Of a DNA stretch of 64,000 bases, positions 51,203-63,155 are shown in pieces. Source of the DNA: Vicugna vicugna (lineage: Eukaryota). The notes beneath the pieces are model-generated. The model was not told the origin of the DNA and ran no database searches. It saw nothing but the letters and a program-made list of their open reading frames with translations. Position numbers and translations under genes: made by a program. Within the stretch, counting starts at the first letter, position 1. Each line of letters opens with the position of its first letter. Location: the NCBI GenBank assembly GCA_013265495.1, contig MU057651.1, positions 879,674-943,673 on the forward strand, written 5' to 3'.

Positions 51203-51836
51203 GTACAATCGCTCATGGCATGTGATTTCCCACTTTGCTCCTCAGCACATAGAGATGCTTTCAAGTGCCTAGGTGGCCAGGGAGCGTGAGTGATAAAAGC
51301 CTAAGAGAAGTTGAGAAGCAGATTATAAGGAAAAATACACATCTCCTGTCCTTTTTTTTTTGATAGCTTTTTGGCTTTATTTTCATGTGATCTCGTTTTT
51401 TGCTATAGACAGATACTGATGTCTCTTCGCCAAATGAAATAGGACATGGAAAAAGTGGAGTGGAAGAAAAAGCTCAATATAATGCCTGGATTGTAAGAGA
51501 AAATCACTTTTGAATACTGGTGCAAGACTGGCCTTTAAAAAGAGATTAGGACAGTTCGTAAATTGGTTCATTGGAAGAGCGTACTTTATGTTGTTTCAGC
51601 CAATAACTATAATTAGGATTGAGGTTGTGAAACCTTGGCCTGTTTCTGGTGAGGATTAGAGTTCTCTTGGCTTGACTTTGGCTCTTGTCCAGTCACGTAA
51701 AGAGGCATTTGAACAGCTTAAATGCCATCTTTGCAATAGACAAAACAGGTAGTCCCATCTTCTTTCCATGGCCTTGACCCAGGACCACAACTATGGCCCA
51801 TCTTTCTGAATAAGCTTCTACTGTCAAGGACTAGGC

Positions 51837-52046
51837 CAGGGTTTCTCAGCCTCTGCACTATTGGCATTTGAGGACAGATAATTGCTTGTAAGAAGCTGTC
51901 CTGTGCATTGTAAGCTGTTTAGCAGCACCCCTGCCCTCTAGCCACCAGACCCCAGTAGCACTAACCCCAGTGTGACAACCAAAAATGTCTCCAGACATGG
52001 CCAAAGTTTCCTGGGGAGCAGAATGGCCCCTTGTGTAGAACCAATG
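51837..52046. mobile_element. MER20 hAT-Charlie MITE
   Basis: cagggtttctcagcctctgcactattggcattt...tgtgacaaccaaaaatgtctccagacat...agaaccaatg; flanks gactaggc/ccctaggc look like a degenerate 8-bp TSD. Confidence 0.85.
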
Positions 52047-52284
52047 CCCTAGGCCAATTGGGAAGGGAGGCTTTGTACTAGGTCTTGAGAATTGAGAATT
52101 CTGAATATAGAGAAAGAATTTTCAGGACTAGCCTCTCACTTGAGACCTCGTGGAAGAACTGCAACTCCTCGCTAGTGCCCAGGTAGAGCAGGAACAGTCA
52201 CTTGCAAGCCTGATTCTTTTGCCATTTGAACAGAAAATTGGCTTTCAGAATTTTGACTATGTGTAAATCGAACCTTTAGGCAAC

Positions 52285-52560
52285 ATTAGGTGGTCTTAAG
52301 AGGCTTTAGGGCTCTAGAATCAAGACAGACCAAGTTTCCAACCCTGGCTCTGCCACCCAGGAACCAAGTTACATTGAACAAGTTACCTCACCTCGCTGAG
52401 ATTTCTTCAGCTTCCTCTTCTTTAAAATGGTATAATGGTATTACCTATTTCACGGGGTTATGATAAGGATTAAATTCACTAATTCATCTCAATTACTTAA
52501 AACAGTGCTTGGCCACAGTAAATATTTAAGAAATGTTAACTGCTGTAACATCACTATCAT
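52285..52560 (+). mobile_element. MIR SINE
   Basis: ttgaacaagttacctcacctc...tcagcttcctcttctttaaaatggtataat...aacagtgcttggc. Confidence 0.8.
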
Positions 52561-53805
52561 TATGGTTATTATTTTTATTAATCTATTAATTCTAGAATAG
52601 AAATCAGTATAAAGCATTAAGGAGGAATCAGTTTAGACCTCAGCCAGGTTTCTGATGTGCTTTGGTGATCTCGGGACACGACCTGGCTCTGAGGAGTGAC
52701 ACGCAAGGAGGCCCTATGGTGTTTCCAAATGCAACACTCAAAAAATTTATTCTAGAAAGTACATGAGAAAAGAAAAAGGGTTGTGGTATAAGGTGATTCA
52801 GATTTGGATGAAAGACATCTGCCTCTTTAAATGGCTAAGACAGTTATTAAATAGAGCATCTAGAGACTGATTAACTGCCTGGTATGGCATGATTGTGTCA
52901 GATTCTTGACCCAATCCTTTGGAAATGGACAGCTAACCCTTGGGGGCTGAGGCTTTGCTGTCTGCAGGGCAGTGAAAATGTTAATATGATCCCAGTGCCA
53001 GCGGTTCAAGTGCTAGGCATCTTCTCTTTCTCCATCCTTTTCATCACCCTCTTCCCCCATCAGAACCTGACAGATACAGGTAACCCTTGCTCCCAATAAA
53101 TTATGGATGGAAAATGTTAATGCAAAATTGATTTCCAAAGCCTTCTTTTGTTCTAGGAATTGTTGAAAGCAGTCAAAGCTAAAGATCTTGTAATTGCAAA
53201 TCAGGCAGGGACCCAGTCGCCCCCTCCCCTAGTCACACTAGCTAATCAGCTCAATTCCAAACTCTAACTTGTTCTCAGAAAAATTTTGACCTGAAAGGAA
53301 ATGAGGAGAGGAGGCACTCAACTTACTGGACTAAAGCAGAGTTCTGTGGAATTCAGGATCCATGTGCTAGGGTAATATCTCTTTGCCCAGGGGTGGGTAG
53401 CAGCTTGCGGGACCCATCACTCATGATCCCTTTTTTCCATGCTACTGGGCAGGTGATTATGAAATCAGACTAGGCTCTTGGAGAAGACGTGCAGAGCTGG
53501 GGGATGGTAGAAACATCACAGAGCCAAATCAGAAGAAGCCTCCCACTAGTTGTGGGAGGCTTTGAAAACTGGGGCAGTAGTGATCCCAGCCTTAGAAAAA
53601 TATGCCAATAAGCTATCATCCAAACCCAGCGGAGGTGCTAGTGATGAGAAAAGGGAAGAAAATGCTGATTTCATTCAGTTTCTCGGGAATGCATTATTCA
53701 CCGTCTGGGTGAGTCCCCGCATGACTGTTTCCCAAACTGGCATAATCCCAGTGACCTATGAAAGACACTTATTTTTTGTTGGTGGTGTTGCCTCCTCTCT
53801 TTCAG

Positions 53806-53899
53806 AATGGGAATGTGCTTTGCAGCCGAGTCAGATGTCCAAGCCTTCATTGCGTCTCTCCCGTGCATATTCCTCACCTTTGCTGCCCTCGCTGCCCAG
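53806..53899 (+). CDS. CHRDL1: Chordin-like 1, third coding exon (second half of VWC domain 1); gene continues beyond the window
   Basis: Acceptor cctcctctctttcag|; [31 protein letters not shown] plus 1 nt (94 nt), ending in the VWC CCPxC motif; donor CAG|GTAAAC. Confidence 0.97.
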
Positions 53900-54705
53900 G
53901 TAAACCAGCCTGCCTCTTTCTTCCCAGCTGTGGTTCTCCTTCCTCCCTCTTCCACCCAATCCACTCCGTCTTCCTAATTCCCTGGAAAGGAAACTTCCAG
54001 ACAGAAATCACAATAGGATACTTTTAGGTAGCCTGCACTGGCCCCTAAATACTGTTTATAGCCCGAGGTGGGCACATTCTAGGTTCTAACAAGTTATTGA
54101 GTTCCAAGTAACAGATTTTCGCTGGGCTTTTAATATTTGAAGGTGAATGTCAACTCGGGGAAGGGAATTGTGGCCCAGAGATTTTCTGCCATAAACAGCT
54201 TCTTCCTGCCATGAGCAGTGGACACCAGGGGAGTTGTAGCACAGAGACATGTGTCCTCCACAGTTAGTGCTGGGACTGCACCTGAGTATAGCTTCTAAGT
54301 GATAAGGGGCTGTTTATAAATCCAAGGAGCTGAACCAGTGAGGTTTATGACAGTATAAAGCTGCCTGCCTGCTGAATGGTCCCCTCCCCCAGACTGTACA
54401 GTTAGTATGTATACATCGTTCAGATCAATGCTAAGGGGGAGGCAGACAGAGTTTTTCACAAGGCTGTTAGGACATCTGTCTTCATGGTTTGCAGCTACAG
54501 TGTTTGTATGAGGCAGAGGCTCCCTCAGTGACACTGTTCATGTCTGACTGGGGCCTGGCTCCCATGCCAGAGGCGTGCAAACACAGAATGATTCAGAGAA
54601 TGCCTGTGGGCCTGACAGCAGTCTTAGGAAAGGCTAAGTGACAATCTTGGCATCTGGGCAGTAGAAACTTTGTAGTCCTATAAGTCGGTTCTGATTGCCT
54701 CAAGG

Positions 54706-54885
54706 ACAGAGGTTCTTGAGTTGGGGTCTGTGGGTGGGCTTTGGGGGGCTAGTGAACCCTTTAAAATTGTTTGCAGCTTTTGGTGTAGCTATGTATATGT
54801 CTAAGTTCCTTTAGAGATGACCCATAGCTTTATTGGTATTCCTAATGGAGTGTACATGACCCTAAAAATATGAAGAACCACCGGT
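54706..54885. mobile_element. hAT-Charlie-type MITE
   Basis: TIR-like ends cagaggttctt... and ...aagaaccaccg; internal gtgaacccttaaaattgt and cccatagcttt. Confidence 0.55.
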
Positions 54886-55719
54886 CCATAGCAAAAATGA
54901 TGCTTTTTTAAAGTAGTGAGGAACTTAAATAGAGAAAGCAAAAGTATCAGGGCAAAAATGGTAGGAATGGGGTAAGAACGAGGTTCAGTAAACACGTAGT
55001 TAACTGAAATGTTACAGGAATGGAGATTTTGTTTAATGGAGAAAAAACCCCCAAACCCTTTCTGTCACCACCTTTATAATGTATACTATCCTACATTGGT
55101 AAATACACTCTGATGGACATCTGGGATTCTTTCCCAGATGGCAGAGGGTCATGCCATGTAACAGGCTTATCATTCTGAGTATTGGTGACAATAGTATATG
55201 CTTCAAGATATGAGAGACTGATTGGCAAATGATCAGCCTAAAAGTTGATTTTGGAATAAATCCCTAAATGAGGTTTACAGTTGTTGTATGTGTTTATTTG
55301 CTTCTATTTAAACTGGATTACAAGGGTTTAGTATGGGACTTTACAAAGAAATCTACTACGTTACCTGTCAAATACTTTATAAAAGCTTTTCCCCCAAGAA
55401 GTCTCTAGAAGTGGTCTAATGTCATAGGAGTTTATCTAAATTGCTGTGTAGAGATTGTTCTTCCCTGGGAATGAGGTTGGGGCAGCTGCCTAACAGGAAG
55501 CAAGTACTGAGAAGAAGGAAAAGTATAAGCTAGCAGTTCTTTTGAGAGAAAAAGAAAGTATCAAAGAATTGAGGTCATAAATCCCAGAAAAGAGAAAATG
55601 GAAAGAAATAAACACCATTATCTTTTAAGACTTAAAAAGTCCATTTTGTGGAGTATAGAAACCAGCGGTTTGTTTCCTTTGCCCCCTTGTCCTTGTGGGT
55701 CACTTCCTTGTGAGTTCAT

Positions 55720-56495
55720 TTTTCTTTTTCTTTTCTTTTTTTCTAGTTGAAGTATAGTCAGTTTACAATGTTGTGTCTATTTCTGGTGTATAGCACAATG
55801 CTTCAGTCATATGTGAACATACATATATTCGTTTTCATATTATTTTTCACCATGAGCTACTACAAGTTATCGAATATAGTTCCCTGTGTGATACAGTATA
55901 AACTTGTTTATCTATTTTATATGTACCAGTCAGTATCTGCAAATCTCAAACTCCCAATTTATCCCTTACCATCCCCTTTCCCCCTGGTAACCATAAATTT
56001 GTTTTCTATGTCTGTGAGTCTGTTTGTTTTATATTATAAGTTCATTTGTCTTTTTTTTTTTAGATTCCACGTATGAGTGATATCATATGGTATTCTTCTT
56101 TCTCCTTCTGGCTTCACTTTGAATGACATTCTCCAGGGCCATCCATGTTGCTGCAAATGGCATTATTTTATTATTTTTTATGACTGGGTAGTATTCCATT
56201 GTATACCACAGCTTCTTTATCCAGTCATCTGTTAATGGACATCTAGGTTGTTTCCATGTCTTGGCTATTGTAAATAGTGCTGCTATGAACATTGGGGTGC
56301 AGGTGTCTTTTTGGATTAAGGTTCCCTCTGGATATATGCCCAGGAGTGGGATTCCTGGATCATATAGTAAGTCTATTTTTAGTTTTTGAGGAACTTTCAT
56401 ACTGTTTTCTATAATGGCTGCACCAAACTACATTCCCACTAACAGTGTAGGCGGGTTACCTTTTCTCCACTCCGTCTCTAGCATTTGTCGTTTGC
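55720..56495 (-). mobile_element. 5'-truncated young L1 (ORF2 C-terminus and 3'UTR)
   Basis: ORF 56083-56400 [19 protein letters not shown]...[17 protein letters not shown]...; very similar to the copy at 14891-15651. Confidence 0.92.
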
Positions 56496-56519
56496 ATTTT
56501 TCGTGTTAACTGTAACGTT

Positions 56520-58045
56520 TAACAATTCTTTCTGTGATACTAAACAGAACTAACAGTTCAGTGGTACTAAAGTTCCTTCATCCTTATATGCAGAAAATGT
56601 GTTTATTTTGCCCTCATTCTTGAGTGATAATTTGGCTGGGTATAAAACTATAGGTGCCCATTTATTTTCCTTCAGCACTTAGAAGATATTAATAAATGGT
56701 TTCTTGATGTCTTTGTGGATAAGAAGTCTCCTCTTTGATTATAGTTCTTTTGTAGGTAATCTGTTTTCTCCTTCTTCTAGCTTTTAAGATTTTCTCTTTT
56801 TCTTTGATACACACAGTGAGGCATGTAGATGTGTGATTCATTTTTATTTAGCCTCCTCAGCACATGACTTCTTTTTGGCCAAAGGACTCAAATTTCTCTT
56901 CAATTTTAAGTCATTACTTTTGTGAAAATTACCCCTTCTTCTTTTTTCTAATTCTTAACCTTGTCTTTGGTGTATGTTGTTGCAGCTCATTTAATTGACA
57001 TTCTGTGTCTCTTAATGTCTCCTCTATTTTTTCCCCCATGATGATATATTGGTATATTCCTTGTAATAGTACATTACTTCAGTTCTGTCCTCCAATTCAT
57101 GAATTCTTTCTCCATCTCTTTCATGCCTACTATTTAGGCTCTCTGTTAGGTTTTATTTATGGTTTTATTTTTAATAACTGTGTTTTCCCCAATTTTTTAA
57201 ATTAGGTTTAAAAATATTTACATGTTGCTACTTTATAAACCCCTGTTATTGTTTCTTGGGGTCTTATTCTCTTACTTATTTCTTTAAGGTATTTAAATAT
57301 TTAAAGTCCATTTCTGATTGCTCAAATATCCATATGTTTTTCAGGTGTGAATTCTCACTTTTGGTGGGTTTCTTAATAGCTTTTCTTAGTTCTGGATTCC
57401 CCCTTGTTTTCTAAAATTGTTGTTTAAGATCTCATCAGCTGTGGGGGTTTTCTCTTGCATAAGCCTTTCTTTTCTTGTGCTAGCATTATTTCAGGCCTTG
57501 TAGTTCACTTAGCTCTAAACCAGACCATATATTGGTGTCCCACCTTGGGCTCCCTCATGCTTAGATGGTCTATTTTTACCTCTATTTTCTTGTGCAGTGC
57601 TAGCCCCTGATAATGATCTTGGATTGGGACCTCAGCTATAGCTGCCTACCTTGGGCAATCAAACCATTTGAGGAAACAACCTTGGGTGGGCAGAGCTGTG
57701 TCAACCCCTATTGACATGTGAGAAGTGTGACCGTACTCCCCAGCTTTATACAGAAAGCCACTTAGCGGCCATAGTTCTTGCTCAGCGGTCTGGCCCCAGC
57801 TGTCTATATCCAGTCCCAGTTGCCAATGGACCATATGTCTTTGTCCCCCCATTTATTTGTGTACTTTCCTCTGTGTTTTATTTCATAGAGAGTTTCCTTT
57901 TGTTTCTGAGAATGATTTTTGCAGTTTTAAAGCCTGGTTATTTATTTATTTATCTGTAGTTTTATATTTCACATATTACTCTTCTTTGTTTGGAAAATAA
58001 CAGGGAGTTTTCTCATGTGCTGTCTCTGCCATATTGAACTGGAAT
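56520..58045 (-). mobile_element. HAL1 / L1 ORF1-only element, degenerate
   Basis: ctcattcttgagtgataatttggctgggtataaaa, ttctagcttttaagatttttctc; 5' end (minus) ttccagttcaatatggcagag. Confidence 0.6.
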
Positions 58046-58074
58046 GCAAACCAGCTATTCTTTCTTTTTGTTGA

Positions 58075-58322
58075 AGATGAAACAAGAATAAACATGTTTA
58101 AACCATAGCAGAGAAGAATGGAGTTTGATAAAAGAAAGACCTTTGGGACACAGTGGTGGTTAAATCCTAGAATAAATGACTAAGGAGAATTATAGTCTCT
58201 TTACTGAATATTTCTGGAAATAAAAAGGTACCCACCCATCTGAGATAGAGTTGGCAGTTTTGCTTTGAGACAGGGCAGTGGATGTGATGACTCCTCTGTA
58301 TTCCTTCCATCCCAGTGATTAT
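58075..58322 (+). mobile_element. L3/CR1 3' end
   Basis: agtggatgtgatgactcctctgtattccttccatcccagtgatt resembles the CR1/L3 terminal motif. Confidence 0.55.
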
Positions 58323-59181
58323 TAGGCATGAGGAAACTCATGCCTTCAGGGCCACAGGAATGTTTGGCCAAAGGAAGGGGCTCTGGTTTTCTGTCTTAAC
58401 CCAATGGAAGGTACTGTAATGAAAATGTCTTCACTTAGAAATAGAATATTTAAAAACCCAAGATGATGGACAAGTTCTATATTAAAAAGAGAAAACAAAC
58501 AAGGAAGCCATATATCCAAGGTTTTGGTTTTACATGCTATCCCATAGCAGAATCAACTTCAGGGAGTGTTTATTGGATAGTGATGGATTGGTGGGAAGCT
58601 CCTACCTGCCATGCCTAGAGCTCATCTTCCACTGGAGGGGACAGAGACTTTACCTCTTATGTGTTTCTGTGTGCCCCATGGCTCTTGCTTTCTAAACTCC
58701 CTACCCTCTGAAATTTCCAAGGTTCTCACTTGCATTTGAGATTGTCTCCTGTAGTTTCTGCTGAACCGTGGGAATCAGAGTGTGCAGACTGCTTTTCCAG
58801 AATTACCAGAGAGAAATTGATACTGATTCCCATGAATAACAAGTGAAATTTTTTTCTCCATCACTTCCCCAAGTCTTCATGGCAGAGGTCAAGTCTTGGT
58901 CACATACTGCAGGGCTCTGCTGGGCCCAGAGAGGCTAGTGCTACACGGAGGCTAGAACATTCTTAATGAAAAAGTAAAGACTGCACAGAAGTCAGAAAGT
59001 TCATTAAATTCATCCTAGTCTCTAAGCAGGACTCTCTGTTGATCCTGCTGAGAGATTTGTAAATTCCGTATCTTCTCTTTTGGTGGAGTAGAGTGGTAAA
59101 GGAGGGAGGGGGATAGAAAGAATATGACTTGTTTCCTTTTGTTCTTTATGTATAATTTTACCACCAAAAAGAAGACTTTTA

Positions 59182-59329
59182 GGGGGGAGGGAGTAGCACA
59201 AGTGGTTAGCATACACAAGGTCCTGGGTTCAATCCCCAGTACCCTCTCTGAAAAAGTAAATAAATAAATAAGAAACCTAATTACCTCCCCCCTAAAAAAA
59301 ATGAAAAAAATTAAAAACAAACAAACAAA
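59182..59329 (+). mobile_element. tRNA-derived camelid SINE (vic-1-like) with 17-bp TSD
   Basis: ggggagggagtagcacaagtggt (A box)...ggtcctgggttcaatccccagtacc (B box)...aaacctaattacctccccc plus A-rich tail; TSD caaaaagaagactttta at 59165-59181 and 59330-59346. Confidence 0.85.
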
Positions 59330-59425
59330 CAAAAAGAAGACTTTTATAGTGACCAGGAGCCTAAATCATGATGTTATCTGGCAGTTTTCTTAAATGGCCG
59401 TTCCATGAAGAATTCACTATTCAGA

Positions 59426-59567
59426 ATGAATTCTTCCTCTATCCCTTTCATGCCTACTATTTAGGCTATCTTTTGGGTTTTATTTATTGTTTTATTTTTA
59501 ATAACTATATTTTCCCCAGTTTTTTGAATTAGGTTTAAAAATATTTACATGTTGCTATCTTATAAAC
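59426..59567 (+). repeat. Dispersed direct copy of 57099-57240 (142 bp)
   Basis: Ungapped manual alignment, 13 mismatches in 142 nt. Confidence 0.95.
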
Positions 59568-59917
59568 TTTATAAATTTGGGTTCCCTTAGAGATATTCCA
59601 GCATTCCCAGGTCATTAAAGAGGTGTTATAAATTTGCCAAAATATCCGATTTGATCTGTTACCAGAGACCTAATCCTGTGTTTCCTTTCAGCTAGGTGTG
59701 AAAAAGTTTAGTTCTATGATATGGTTTTAATAGGGAGAGTGACATTGTAGTTTTGCCAAGAGAGGCATTCCTCACCCCAGTCTTTTAAATTCCAGGTAGG
59801 TTAGGGAAACAACCTTTCCACTGATGCACTGTAGCCTGTGTGTTCCCATTAGGAGATGCTGGAAGCCCTCTGCTCTTTCTCTCTCAACAGGAGTTGGGTA
59901 GTAAGCTGGCTAGCAAA

Positions 59918-60415
59918 TACAGGCATTTCTGCTATAATGCAATATGTGCATTTCTGAAAATCCTCCCATTTTGCGAAATTGTACACTGAAAAATAACAGG
60001 GCTTAAGGAAAAAAACAGGATTAGAAAAAGCAACTCTAAAGTTATGCAACTTTGTAACCAGAGTACTAACAAAACAGCTATACTAATAAGATACTAGCAT
60101 GGTTTGAAAAGTCATCTTAGATTTCTATTAAATCAAAGATTACAGTAAGTATAGACTTCATCCTTTAAAATGGTGACATTAGGTTGAAGGAAGAGGTATA
60201 AGGAAGGGTTGTTTCCAAGTACACTATTTCAGTTGTGTTAGTGTACTTAGTATTTAGCTGCTGTCACTTGATGGTGCAAAATATTAATTTGTGGGAAAAA
60301 TCATGTATGAACCAATGCAATTTCTATTTTATACCAACATCATGCTCTTATCTGCCACTCACATATGAACAAGTTTAGATTACACAAATCTATACTATGC
60401 AGAAACAGACTGCAT
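59918..60415. mobile_element. Possible TcMar-Tigger-type element
   Basis: Imperfect inverted ends tacaggcatttctgctataa / tatgcagaaacagactgca. Confidence 0.35.
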
Positions 60416-60669
60416 AAGATGAGGTAGATATAAAGCACTTGGCCTTGGACAGTTTAGCATTAGGGTTGTAAGTCACCCAACCACTTTGACTCTGTTTTTT
60501 GGTCTGTAATCCTGACCTACCTGCACATTGTGCTCTCGTACTCTTTAAAAAGGGGACCTAGTTCTGGGACTATGTCTGTGTCTGTGACTTACAGTATTAC
60601 AGTAATCAAATAGACAGGCCTTTTTTGCTCCCTCCAGTTTTTTAAGGGCAAAAGTTCGAGGGGGAGATT

Positions 60670-61270
60670 TATTTATTTTTCATTGTGGTAAAGTACACAT
60701 AACATAAAATTTATAATTTTAAAGTATACAATTCAGTGGCATTAAGAACATTCACCATGTTGTGTAATCATCACCACTAACCTAGTTCCTGAAATTTTTT
60801 GCCACCCTAAAAGGAAACCCTGTGCCCATTAAACAGTCACTTCCTATTACCCCTCCCACCTCCCACCAGCCCCTGACAACCACTAATTTGCTTTCTGTTT
60901 CCATGGATTTTCCTATTCTAGACATTTCATGTAAATGAAACCATACAATATGTGGCCTTTTGCATCTGGCTTCTTTCACTTGGAATAATGTTTTTAAGAT
61001 TTATCCACTTTGTAGCACATTTCAGTACCTGATTCCTTGTAATGATTGAATAATATTTCATTGTATGGATATACCACATTCTGATTATCCATTCATCAGT
61101 TGATGGACATTTGAGTTGTTTCTACCTTTTGGCTATTGTGAATAGTGCTATGAACATTCAAATACAAGTTTCTGTGTGGCATATATTTTTGATTATTTGG
61201 GGTATATACCTAGGAGTGGAATTTCTGAATCATATGATAATTCTATGTTTAACTTATTGAGGAATTTCTT
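60670..61270 (-). mobile_element. L1MB-type 3' end
   Basis: ccagcccctgacaaccactaatttgctttctg...ttcatcagttgatggacatttgagttgtttc. Confidence 0.88.
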
Positions 61271-61769
61271 TGAAATATTAAAGCCATCTCACTTTTCACT
61301 TTATCTCTTTGAGTATCTGCTGCCATCCTCAGGCTTGCTGCTGTTGCTATCATCCATGTCAGCTCTCCATTGCTCTCTGCATTTCTCCTTTTGTTCTTTT
61401 CTGAATTCTGTATTCACTTGCCTCTTGGATCTTATTGAAAAAGATCAATTCCTTTTAAATAGTAACAGTAGTTAGCATATTCTTTTCCTCCACTAAGGGA
61501 ACTACGAAAGCCGTAGTTTACAAGGGCTGTTTCTTTGCCTGGAAAAGATTGGTATATAGAAAAAACAAAACAAAAGCAAAAAACAAACAAACAAACAAAA
61601 AACCCCAAAAAGCCTCTGAGTCCAGAGCTATCCAAAAGCATGAGGATTCTGGAATGCTGATCTCTAGATAACAGAGGTTTTACTTAATTATCATTGTTAT
61701 CATTGTTAGGTTTCTTATACTGATTGTTGACAGGTCACCATAGAGATGTTCACTATTGATCAGTATGTT

Positions 61770-62347
61770 TTTTTTTAATGTAAGTAAGGAAAGTCTTTAA
61801 TTTTTTCTGTTTTCTTTTTCTTTTTTTCTCTTTTTTAAATATTTAACAAATGCTTTACTGTGAAAGTAGCTTTCTCGATGTCCATAATACAGAAACACTT
61901 TCACAATCCAATAAACAACTCGAAAAGTTTTACAGCACAAGAGTAAATGTAAGTTTCCAATTTGAATGAGGTCTAAAATACACAAATCAGGACGCTGATC
62001 ATACAAAAGGATAATATTCAAAGGAAGCTCACAGTTCAGAATCATCCTACTGTCTTTGTGGAAAACCCACAGCAAATTTTTTTGTAATAATTGGGTATAA
62101 CAGTATTATAATTCTAATGAACAAGTTAAATCAGGGATCTCTAAATTTTGGAATCACACTGTTAATCAACTACAAACAAATATTAGCCCACATCTATCAC
62201 CAATGACTCAGATGTTTCTTTCTAATGAATTGACCGTTACATTTCCAAAGTTCTTAAATGGCCATCAGACCACAGAAAGACACTTCTCTAGGCTCCTGCT
62301 TGAAACCAACAGCTTCAGCAGACTGCTGGCCTTGATTCAGGACCAAA
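61770..62347 (-). pseudogene. snoRNA retroposon: SNORA2B-like RNA, 3' trailer and poly(A), with 16-bp TSD
   Basis: Perfect direct repeat tattgatcagtatgtt at 61754-61769 and 62348-62363; T-tract (minus-strand poly(A)) at the left end; snoRNA begins 1 nt inside the right TSD. Confidence 0.9.
62210..62346 (-). ncRNA. SNORA2B: Box H/ACA snoRNA copy, SNORA2 (ACA2) family, most like SNORA2B
   Basis: Minus strand TTGGTCCTGAATCAAGGCCAGCAGTCTGCTGAAGCTGTTGGTTTCAAGCAGGAGCCTAGAGAAGTGTCTTTCTGTGGTCTGATGGCCATTTAAGAACTTTGGAAATGTAACGGTCAATTCATTAGAAAGAAACATCT (137 nt); two hairpins, H box AGAGAA (62289-62284), ACA (62215-62213) 3 nt from the end; closely matches recalled SNORA2B. Confidence 0.88.
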
Positions 62348-62849
62348 TATTGATCAGTATGTTGATCACTGTTCATGTCTCTACTGACTGCCTTCTTACC
62401 TCTCAGACCACTTTCACTGTCTTCCATGCTATATTTCCATTGTTTTCCTCATACACTTGGTCCTTGAACACTGTGCAGGGTATAAAGGGTTAAAACTTCT
62501 TCAGGAACGTGACATCCAACTTGCCTTCTGCCAGGTGAGGTGATCTTTGTCTCTGGTAAACCCTGGGGATTTAGCTGCTTTTTAAAAAGAATGTGATTTC
62601 CTCTTAGTATTCTAGAAGCCCTTATGCCATATAAGAACAAGACTTTTAGAAAACTGTGACTTTCTGTCATGGTAGAACAGAACTCTTCTGTTTCTTTCAA
62701 TGGACATTAATCAAACCTGGCCTCACACAAAGGTGAAGAAGGTGGCATATCCTTGAGGGATACCGAAAAGCTCCATTTGTCCCAAATAAATCTTCCATGT
62801 GCTTTCTGTATTTAAGAAACCTCCGCCATTACAATCACTCTTCTGGGTT

Positions 62850-63155
62850 AAGACATCGTTTCCCTAAGTTTGTTACATGCATAAAAACACAATTTTATGG
62901 GATTAAAATTAAAATATAGGGTTAACTAGAGAAAACATTTATATGGTCCAATAAACTTGAGAGTTTCTGGACTAGAGATAAACAGGTTTCTTTTACTGCA
63001 GGACTTCTCAGAGCCTTTAATATATTAATATGCATTATGAATCTATAAGCGAGTGTATAGGATGCAGTATTTTCCAAACTTATTCAGCCATGGAACCTGT
63101 TTCTTGTAGAGCACTTTGCAGCATTAGTGTTTAGTATATGTTCTAGGAAATCTTG
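62850..63155. mobile_element. hAT-Charlie-type element
   Basis: actgcaggacttctcagagcctttaatatattaat...tttccaaacttattcagccatggaacc. Confidence 0.6.
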
